The notes beneath the pieces are model-generated. The model saw nothing but the letters and a program-made list of their open reading frames with translations. It had not been told where the DNA came from and ran no database searches. This document shows, piece after piece, positions 53,841-64,000 of a stretch of DNA of 64,000 nucleotides; positions within the stretch are counted from its first letter, which is position 1, and every line of letters begins with the position of its first letter. The position numbers and the translations under genes are program-made. The stretch is from Octopus vulgaris (taxonomy: Eukaryota): assembly GCA_951406725.2 (NCBI GenBank), contig OX597814.1, forward strand, positions 195,858,001 to 195,922,000, read 5' to 3'.

Positions 53841-54419
53841 AAAACGAAACAGTGCGGAGAAGTATTGACGTTCCTTGAAAGCATTGCACAAAATTTGTAG
53901 AAAAAAAAAGTGTACATCGTGGGTCAGTATTAAAGGGGTGTAAATCTCACACGATAAAGTCAGACCAGAAATTGTTCACTCAGGAGAATATGTTGGCACA
54001 AAATATAGAAATTTTGTCTTATCCTCCGTATTCTTCTGATTTTATTCTATGTGACTCTTACCTTTTCAAATCATTGCAACGTTATTCAGAGGTGCAGAGA
54101 ATAAAAAAAATACCAAGTCTTTAACTGCTTCAAAAAACTGATAAAACAGATGAGATTTATACTCGAGAATCAAAATTTGCATAATTTATGAGACGGTATT
54201 ATCAATAATGAGGTGAAATATTATCTAGAATAAATATATGAATTTAGAACAAAAGAGCATTTGCTTTTTGCCCAAGCAGAAATGGGACCAGATTTTTTCA
54301 ACATAGTACATAGACTAATTATGGACACATTATATTTTTACTATTTTATTCCACTCAAGATGTAGCTTATGAAAACATGAGCATGAACGGTTTTCTACAT
54401 AGTGAAATGTGCAACTATT

Positions 54420-54632
54420 CTTTTCTACACTAGATACAAGTCCGAAATCTTTAGAAAGGAGGCCAGTCTATTACATCGGCCCCAGTACGGAACTGGTACT
54501 TAATTTATCGACACTGAAAGGATGAAAGGCAAAGTCGACCTCGGCGGAATTTGAACTCAGAACGTAACGGCAGACGAAATACCGCCAAGCATTTCGTCCG
54601 GCGTGCTAACGTTTCTGCCAGCTCGCTGCCTT
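54420..54632 (-). mobile_element. SINE family 1
   Basis: Matches other copies. Confidence 0.8.
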
Positions 54633-54823
54633 TGAAACGTACAGCTATTAATGCCTTCAATCTCTCTCTCTCTCCCTCTCTCTCTCTCTCCCTCTCTATC
54701 TATCTATCTATCTATCTACCTATCCGTATGTCTGCCTATCTGTCTGTCTGTCACACGCACTAAAAGAATATTCTTCTTCTTCTTCTTCTTCTTCTTACTA
54801 TTCTTATTATTATCATATATTTA

Positions 54824-54860
<37 letters not shown>

Positions 54861-55744
54861 ACAAGACAAATATTTACAAATTATGAAAGCGAATTAAGAG
54901 AGAGGTCTTGGTGATAATGTTCTTATGGATGAAGGGAAGAAAGATTGTTATAAGGAAATGTTCTTTTAGTTCGACTTGTATTTAGCGTGATCGAACGGAC
55001 ATCCGGTTGCGTTTCACTAAAATATACTGTATTAGATAACTTTATTTAGCAATACACTATATTATGTAAAAATATAAAGTCGATGATGTTTCTTCAGAAT
55101 ATGATGACAAAAGTAATTGTGGTCCCCGCAACACATCAATGGATTTCTTCAGCTGACTCTACCGTAGCTGAATAACAAGTCAAATGTTATATTGAAAATA
55201 TATGGACGTCCTGTTGCGCTGATATATCACATCTCTGTGTAATTGTATCAAATTCCTCACAAATATTACATGCTGCGAAAGTCATAGACTTTTTGCTACG
55301 ACTTTCATATGTTTATTTGAAGTTATGAAATAAATGTTGAGGATTTAAAGAATAAAATTAAAACTATATCCGACATTTTAAAAATTTATATAGAAATATT
55401 GAAGAAATAGAAACAAGAGATAACCAATTGAAAAGAACAAACAGCAGGGTGTTAGATATCAACTTATTTGATGTAACATATCTCGTATATCTGGTTATAA
55501 ATAAGTTTTGAAAGAAATTTTCAAAACAGGCTAGGCTGTGTGGTTAAGATGTCTGCTTCACAAGCAAACATCTTAACCATACATAGTTTCGCGTTCAATT
55601 CCACTACGCCCAAGCATGCGGTGCCATGGGTAAGTGTTTTCTACTATATCTCCGAGGCAACCAATCGCTTCTGAGTGAATTCTGTAGATGGGATGAAATT
55701 TGTGTGGTGTATATATTCGCCATGATAGATCACTAGCCGCTATA

Positions 55745-55910
55745 CATTCTTTATTTTCTCTCCTTGTTTCTTTCTGTGTTCCTTTCTGTGGAAGGCCGTA
55801 AGCTCGAAACGTTAAAGACTTGTTCAGTTCTCCAGCTTTATACAAAAAAATCTATTTGTTGTTTACACCACTTGTCTTCGTCTTTTGTGTTTTTTGTGAA
55901 CTCTCCCTAT
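55745..55910 (+). mobile_element. Second copy of the 922-1090 element with variant hammerhead motif
   Basis: cttt-CTGTGGA-aggccgtaagctc-GAAA-cg-TT-aaag at 55782-55817. Confidence 0.55.
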
Positions 55911-56069
55911 ATGTATATATATATGTGTGTATGTGTGGGTGTGTGTGCGTATGTCTGTGTGTCTATGTGTGCACGTGTGTATGTATACAAATCATATACA
56001 TATGTATGTTTATATATATATTTGTGTATATATATATGTACATATATCTATCTATGTACACACACAGAC

Positions 56070-56430
56070 ACACGCTATATATTAACACGAGCAGTTCGGC
56101 CGATTATATTCACAGTTACATTCAAATGCCCTCTTTCTAGCGCGCCAGATTCCTCGTGTTAATATATAGCGTGCAGTTCGACAAATTATATTTTGACGTA
56201 CTCCACCGATGATCTGAGGATAATTATGTAAGTAAAATTGCATAATTTATTAACAGTGAAACAATTGTATGGGGTTCATCTATATTTTTGTTATTTTTCA
56301 TTTGTCCTGCTCGCTTACGTTCTTAGTGTGCTAAATTTTTTCTTGAGAACAATTCTTAGTGGTTGAGTCCCTTTGCGGATCTATATCTAGCGTAAGAGCG
56401 TCCACATAGTGGATTCTCTCTCATATTTAT
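56070..56430 (+). mobile_element. Short element with 5' inverted duplication and long-stem-II hammerhead motif
   Basis: IR cacgctatatattaacacgag / ctcgtgttaatatatagcgtg; HHR at 56200-56275; 3' part homologous to 21826-21920. Confidence 0.65.
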
Positions 56431-56671
56431 TGTGTATATATATATATATATATATATAGGTATTTACATGTATACAGATCAAAACGATTAGTTTTTCAAA
56501 GAAGCCAGCTGCTCCCGAGTGCTGGACGATTTAGCATCATTGATGTAAGTGGACACTGGTTATGAAACAGCTGTCGATAAATTCTTAAGGATGTCTAATT
56601 CCTCCTGAATTTTTTGTGGATTATATATATACACATACATACATACATACATACATACATACATACATACA

Positions 56672-56707
<36 letters not shown>

Positions 56708-57351
56708 TGTATATATATAATTATATATATATATATATATATACATATATATATGTATATATATATATGTGTGTGTGTATATATATATGTATTATATGCA
56801 TATATACATACATACATGCATATATATATGTGCGTGTATATATATATGTATTATATATATATATATGCATATATACATACATGCATATATATATATGTAT
56901 ATATATATATATGTATGTATGTATATATATGTATATAGATATATATGAAAGGGACATTGTGAGTGTTTATTGAGCGAAAACAGCTAAAGCTCCTCGTGGC
57001 TCCGGCAGGAGGTGTTGGTGAACCCTGCTGTACTCTTTCACCACACTTTCCCTCACTCTTTCTTCCTGTTTCTGTTGTGTCTGTATTTCAAAGGGCCAGC
57101 CTTGTCACACTATGTGTACATGTGTCTTTGGAGTGCTCAGCCACTTACACGTTAATAAATGAGCTGCGACCTCACTGGTGCCAAGCTGTTTCCGCCTTTA
57201 CCTTTCCCTTGGATGACATCGGTGGCGTAGAGAGGAGAGGCTGGCATGCATGGGCACCTGCTGGTCTTCCATTAACAACCTTGCCCAGACTTGTGTCTTG
57301 GAGGGTAACTTTCCAGGTGTAATCCCAATGACCGAAGAGAGTCACAACTAC

Positions 57352-57405
<54 letters not shown>

Positions 57406-57439
57406 ACAATATATATATATATATGCATGTATATATTTA

Positions 57440-58258
57440 GGTAAACCTTAACCCCCCCCATAAAATGCCAGAAGGTATGGGAATAAAATATATGTATAAT
57501 GTGGAAGTGACATCGACGCTACTCTCGGAACACAACATGGTATAGCTGACCATGTATGGGTCGAAGGAAACCATGGAGATGCAACCTACAAGAAACTCTC
57601 AAAATATTTCCAGTTTGAGCTTCGAGAAGTCAAACTGGAAATAAATTGAGAAAGAAATCCTCAAACAAAACTGGCTTAAATGTTTCTACTCACCGGACAT
57701 CCACAAAAAGATTCAGCAATTCATAACTGTAATTCAAGCCATATAATGCAAATGTGTCTCTGAGAAAAAAGCCACTGTACACAAGAACAAAATCCCTAGG
57801 GAGAGGAAAATTCTTCGGCGTACACAAATTTCAAATCGCCTAAAGAAACAAATTGAAAGAAGTGAAAAGTCCCGCCTGAAAATATAACTGCAGGAAATTG
57901 AAAAATATCTGAAACTCACCCATGAAGAAGAAAGAGCAGACAAAGAAGACTACTATAGTCTTCTACAAGTTTGCCAAAGAAACAGCCTCAGTGCACTTAA
58001 GTTTAAGGCCACTCCTCGAAAAAGATGGTTCATTCAAACGAAACCTAATGAAGAATCCCAGTGAAGATTAGTGATACTAAATGAGCAATTCAAAAGTGTT
58101 TTCACTCCACCTCTAGGACACTTGTAAGTCAGCAATCCAGCTGATTTTTTTTACCACTGCAGATATAAAAACAGAGGTAGTGATAATTGATTACATCAAT
58201 ATAAAAGATGTCGATGTAATAAGGACTATGAACCTGATCTCAGCTACAGGCCCTGATG
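57440..58258 (+). pseudogene. Decayed CR1/L2-like LINE ORF2 fragment (endonuclease-to-RT linker)
   Basis: Fragments FYKFAKE, LNEQFKSVFT and SATGPD; many stops. Confidence 0.55.
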
Positions 58259-58283
58259 TGAGCAACGCCGCGCTATATTGCTA

Positions 58284-58339
<56 letters not shown>

Positions 58340-58609
58340 GTGTGTATGCGTGTGTATATGTGCATGTTTTTGTGTTTGTCTTCTTCATTGTTTCGTAACT
58401 GGTATTGGTTTGTTTACGTTCGCGTACATTAACGCCTCGGCAAAATTAATGTTAAAATAAATTCCAAACACTAAAATTTGCACTGGGGTCGATTTGGTCG
58501 ACTGAACCCTTCAAGATAGTGCCCCAACATGACCACATTCCTAGAGAAAAAATAAAAGAACAAAAACACTTTGTAAATAAAATTTCCACGAGCATATCAC
58601 ATGTTCTTT

Positions 58610-59280
58610 TCTTTTCTGTTCTAGGCACAAGACACGAAATTTTTGAGGAGGGGGCCATATATATATATATATATATATATATTAGCTTGACCTCAGAACT
58701 CAACTGGTATTTAATTTATCGACCCCGAAGGATGAAGGGCAAAGTCAACCTCGGCTGAATTTGAACTCAGAACGTAACGGCAGCCGAAATATCGCTAAGC
58801 ATTTCGCTCGGCGTGCTAACGTTTCTGCCAGCTCACCGCCTTTCAGCTATTTGAAATATTTTTTCTACACTAGGAACGAGGCCCGAAATTTTAGGAGGGG
58901 GAGGACAGTCGATTAGATCGACCTCAGAACGAAACTGGTACTTAATTTATCGACCCCGAAAGGATGAAAGACAAAGTCGACCCCGCCGGAATTTGAACTC
59001 AGAACGTAAATACCGCTAAGCATTTCGTCTGGCGTTCTAACGTTTCTTATTTCTTTATTGCCCTTAAGGGACAAAACATAGAGGGCACAAACAAGGACAG
59101 ACAAAGGGATTAAGTCAATTACATCGACCGTAGTGCGTAAGTGGTACTCAATTTATCGACCCCGAAAGGATGAAAGGCAAAGTTGACTTCGGCGGAATTT
59201 GAACTCAGAACGTAACGGCGGACGATATACCGCTAAGCATTTCGCCCGGCGTGCTAACGTTTTTGCCAGCTCGCCGCCTT
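58610..59280 (-). mobile_element. Cluster of SINE family 1 copies
   Basis: Matches other copies. Confidence 0.85.
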
Positions 59281-60961
59281 AGACACATATACACATATTG
59301 TTCATTAACGACTTATGTGAGTAGCTTCAAGGCTTTTATTCTGAGGTTAGGGTTCTATATCTCGTTTGTACGATTTTTAAGAACTAATGCACAATGTTAG
59401 AAATTATACCTCATATTAACAGCTTATCAAGAAGACAATAATTTCTCACTCAATTAACATAGCATATAATGGAAAAAAAGCCGTACATTTCTTTCTGTGT
59501 ACGCTTAGCGTAATGGCGGATTTAGAAACTCTATGCTAACATTTCTAAGATAACAAACCGACATGTTTTTACGTACGATTCACTGAACCCTTTAACTTAG
59601 TTAAGACGCTCTGTTTGACACTATTGAAATTTAATGAAAGCAAGACATTTTAAAGAAATTAGTATTTCGTTTGCTTTATCCCATGCAGAACGATCCTATA
59701 ACATGTTATCATCCTAAGGGAAAATTGCGTAACATTAATTTGGTCTTTCTTTGACGTTTGTATTTATTTTTATCCGTAAATATTTTCCTCTTATTTTTTT
59801 TTCTTTACAGCAATGTACTTGTAAACATTTTGATAGAAAGAATATTTCGATAAAAACGTCTGGAGGCAATGTTGTGAGATAATATTAACCAATATTCCAT
59901 TGTACCCTAAGGGAAGAAAATTACATGAAGATGGATTATAACGAATCAAGCCATAGCTTAAGGACATCAATTTGCTCTTTTACGCTTGAGATAAAAATAA
60001 ATAAATAAACGAACATTTCTACTGAGTTATTTGTTTTTCGAAAGGCAAACATCATTAAATATTTATTGGAATTCCAAATGATAAATCAATCTTACTCCAT
60101 TAATATCCCGCCATATTTTTCAGAGATTCCATCCAAATGTTTTGAAGAACTCATTACTACTCTAAAGAGTCTCATGCCCATTTTTAATCGTTTGTAATTC
60201 GTCTTCATGGAGACCTAAAAAGATATAAATTAATTTATGGAGAAGCGAATGAGTTCATCGTTATTATTTTCTCGTGACCCCTAATTTTATAAGGTTGATA
60301 ACTCGCTGCGTCCTCGCTAATTGTTTTATTTTGTGTTCGCTGAGCAAACTTTATTTCATTAATTAGTGAAATGAAATTGGTCGCATCATTTTAAAATTTC
60401 ATCAGGTTATAATTTTCTGTTTAGATGTATAAATGGATTTGTAACAAATGTGCGTGCATCCGTTGAATTTTACATTTCCTTGTAATTAAACCCTGCATTT
60501 CTAAAGAAAAACTTTTTAGCAGACAACTTAACGCCGTCAGCGCCTTACCAGATGTCACTCTTCAAAACTGACCTTTGGTTATAACATAGCGTAATTGAAG
60601 AGGTAGGTTCTGTATTAGCCGCTGTGATACGAGGGACAAACAGTATTACAAGCAACATTCTTATAATCTTCAGCTCTGCAACAAAGAAGCAAAACACGCG
60701 ACAATGCTTATGAAAATAAAAACACGACTAGAAAATAGCAATATTCCAGTCTATCATAACTTAAAAAAGAGATTAAAATCAGATAAAAGCTAAATATATT
60801 TTGAGCGATATGGCTATTGATATCGCCTTCAAAACAAAATATTTTGTCGAGCTACTTCAGAATATCAGCAATACGTTCATAAATATATAATAGTAATTGT
60901 TCAGTTGAGAACAATCGAGTGTAAAGGTTAAAACATTAAATATATATGTGTGTGTGCGTGT

Positions 60962-61052
<91 letters not shown>

Positions 61053-61588
61053 TACATTTAAATTGTCTACAATGGCGTAGATGACAGATACAAGCAGAGT
61101 TACTGGCAGGAAGCAATTACTAGATTTAATGTCATCCTCCGCATTTCAAGTTTTAAAATTTCATCAGACTCACCTGTGACACCTTTAGCACCAAAGTCAA
61201 AATTACAAAGGATAATAATATTCAGTATATTATTATTTCTAATAATTTTGATTAGGAAATGATGAACTCTGACCTGTATCCATTACAAATATTAGAGTTT
61301 TCTTCATCTGTAATAGATAAGAACATTTGTTACATCACAATTTTGTTTTTAAATATTTAACAGTTACGTAATACACCTTTACCGCGATTTTCTTATAAAT
61401 TCGGCGTGACATTATGCATGACTACCTGACAAGGTGTGGGTGGCGAAGGGCTTTTCAAATACAGATGGAGTCAATCCGGGCGATTTACATGTAGATCCCA
61501 TGTATCAAATTTTGCTATAAATTCATGGGTTCATTCGAAATAATTAGCAAATTATCAAATGTGCTACAATGTGGCATCGAACTGTGTG

Positions 61589-61971
61589 TGGAAGCACTCC
61601 GTCGGTTACGACGATGAGGGTTCCGGTTGATCCGACCAACGGAACAGCCTGCTCGTGAAATTAACGTGTAAGTGGCTGAGCACTCCACAGACACGTGTAC
61701 CCTTAACGTAGTTCTCGGGGATATTCAGCGTGACACAGAGAGTGACAAGGCTGGCCCTTTGAAATACAGGTACAACAGAAACAGGAAGAAAGAGTGAGAG
61801 AAAGTTGTGGCGAAAGAGTACAGAAGTGATCACCCCCCCCCCCCTGCCGGAGCCTTGTGGAGCTTTAGGTGTTTTCGCTCAATAAACACTCACAACGCCC
61901 GGTCTGGGAATCGAAACCGCGATCCTACGACCGCGAGTCCGCTGCCCTAACCACTAGGCCATTGCGCCTCC
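61589..61971 (-). mobile_element. SINE family 3
   Basis: Full-length; TSD ggcatcgaact on both sides. Confidence 0.9.
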
Positions 61972-62042
61972 AAAAGGCATCGAACTAGAGACCTAATGGT
62001 TGTAAAACGATATTCCTTAACCATTCTGTTGTGGACACACCA

Positions 62043-62118
<76 letters not shown>

Positions 62119-62149
62119 ACGCACGTGTGCAGAGCTCCTCTCACGCCGG

Positions 62150-62465
62150 GACTCTGTCGATTACGGCAAGGGTTCCAGTTGATTTGATCAATAAAGCATC
62201 CAGCTCGTGAAATTAACATGCAAGTGGCTGAGTACTCCACAGATGCGCGTACCCTTAAAATAGTTCTCAGGGAGATTCAGCGTGAAAAAAGAATGTGAAA
62301 AAGTTGGCCCTTTAAAACACGGGTGCAACTCATTTTTGCCAGCTGAATGGACTGGAACCACGTGAAATAAAGTGTCTTGTCCAAGGACATAAGCGCCGCT
62401 GGTAATCGAACTCACCACCATACACTCGTTAACCAAATAACTTAACCATTAAGCCGCGCACCTTC
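62150..62465 (-). mobile_element. Diverged SINE sharing the family 3 3' half
   Basis: ctcgtgaaattaacatgcaagtggctgag...; related copy at 44260-44570. Confidence 0.65.
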
Positions 62466-62925
62466 ACCACACACACACACACACATACACATCTGGCATT
62501 CGAACTATTATTTTTCTAAATGACTTGACACAAAACAACTTCTATATATATTTCCATTACTCTCAATTTTTCCTTCCTTCTTCTCCACTTTTTCATTCTG
62601 TTATGTCTTTAACGTTCCAAAGATCTCAAACCGAAAACTCCAAAAACACTTAAAGCTTTCGCCATCTTTCGTTGAGAGTTGAGCGAGTAATTACGCTTCA
62701 TTTTTCACTGTTTCTTTATTTTCGTCGTAAATTTTTTAAACATCTTCAACCCACGCCGCACAAAAACGCACACAAGCACATATGTAAACACACACATACG
62801 TTTTTCTTTTGTCTGTGTGGTGGGTACACAAACACGGGATTGTACTGGAAGCAATGAAAAAGTAGACCTTACGTTTGTTTATTTACTCCCACATGTCATT
62901 TAACTGGCATATATTAGTAGAGTAA

Positions 62926-63308
62926 GGAGGCGCAATGGCCCAGTGGTTAGGGCAGCGGACGCGAGGTCATAGGATCGCGGTTTCGATTCCCAGACCGGGC
63001 GTTGCGAGTGTTTATTGAGCGAAAACACTTAAAGCTCCCCGAGGCTCCGGCAGGGGATGGTGGTGATCCCTGCTGTACTCTTTCACCACAACTTTCACTC
63101 ACTCTTACTTCCTGTTTCTGTCGTACCTGTATTTCAAAGGGCCGGCCTTGTCACTCTCTGTGACACGCTGAATATCCCCGAGAACTACGTTAAGGGTACA
63201 CGTGTCTGTGGAGTGCTCAGCCACTTACACGTTAATTTCACGAGCAGGCTGTTCCGTTGATTCGGATCAACCGGAACCCTCGTCGTCGTAACCGACGGAG
63301 TGCTTCCA
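62926..63308 (+). mobile_element. SINE family 3
   Basis: tRNA-like head tggcccagtggttag...ggtttcgattccc; TSD attagtagagtaa at 62913-62925 and 63312-63324. Confidence 0.9.
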
Positions 63309-63559
63309 TCCATTAGTAGAGTAACTCATCCACTATAGTTACCCTGACTCTGCCTGTTCTCTTTTAATTGTATCAAAATAAGCGCTTCCAAGAAGAAGCA
63401 ACGTGCCAACGTTGACCTTTTGAAGAAGGAGCAGCGCAAGATATTCGATATCTACAGAAATCTGCGGGTTGATTACAGACATGATGTTAAGGACAGGAAT
63501 AATGTGCATAAATCCATAGAAAGATTTAAAGGAGGAGAAATCAGAATTAAGATTAACGA

Positions 63560-64000
63560 AGCCGTAGGAGACCACCAATAGCAACCAGCGTCATTAAGCT
63601 CCAGCGAGTGGGCGGACTGATTAGAGAGGAGAGATGTTAAAAGCCGTGAGCTTGTCACACAACTGGACTCCGGTTACAATGCATTACAGAAGACGGTGGA
63701 AAACTTTGGGTTTCGGAAGATGGTCGCAAAGTGGGCAATCCAAAAGGTAACGTTCGATTCGATGGAGACAATGGTGGAAATCTGACGTAGCCTACTGAAA
63801 GCATTTGAGGCTTATGAAAATTATATTATTTTTCTATCTGGAAAGAAGGAATGAAATATGAGCACATGATTTTGATCCAGAAACGAAGGATCAGTCCATT
63901 AAATGAGGTCACAGCTCTTCTCCAACATCTAAGAAGTTTAAGAGTCAGCGATGTTCACAAAACGTAGTAATGAATGCTTTGATGACATTTCAGGATGACG
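63560..64000 (+). pseudogene. Decayed mariner transposase fragment
   Basis: LGFRKMVAKW, DFDPETKDQS and SSPTSKKFKSQR fragments; runs off the window end. Confidence 0.65.

Larger units (their letters stand above)
52860..54310 (+). pseudogene. Decayed mariner transposase split by an insertion at 53430-53840
   Basis: Fragments HEFKRG..KAARN, RIVTSDEIWVLYNHIKRKHQ, PGLHVKNVMLCVCW and YPPYSSDF. Confidence 0.8.

Noticed and set aside
58260-58285. Third full Helitron
   Set aside because: Only a terminal gagcaacgcc...ctag remnant is present, with no body.
59280-61570. Host gene exons in the long AT-rich non-repetitive stretch
   Set aside because: No ORF with recognisable protein features; short exons cannot be excluded without transcript data.
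62926-63000. tRNA gene at SINE heads
   Set aside because: A/B boxes are present, but they continue into SINE bodies with TSDs and no full cloverleaf could be drawn.

Overview
AT-rich, repeat-saturated eukaryotic DNA with no recognisable host gene. The SINE families and (TA)n/(CA)n density suggest an octopus-like cephalopod (inference). Contents: microsatellites, three abundant tRNA-derived SINE families, and decayed RTE, R4/Dong, CR1-like and ORF1-like LINE fragments. There are also mariner and hAT transposase pseudogenes, a mariner MITE and non-autonomous Helitrons. The main finding is that the 491-bp 'satellite' at 2337-10666 and its diverged sister at 10957-12108 carry a complete type I hammerhead ribozyme (HHR) in every full unit. 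The two subfamilies show compensatory changes in stems I and II, a palindromic stem III and an unusually long stem II. Both arrays are head-to-head inversions whose two 3' ends finish at equivalent unit positions inside (TA)n. This fits a retrozyme: a self-cleaving circular RNA copied by rolling-circle reverse transcription, probably by Penelope-like machinery. At least seven further short elements of different sequence, most of them fold-backs, also carry HHR motifs, including U3-A8 compensated cores. All folds were derived by eye and ribozyme activity is untested.
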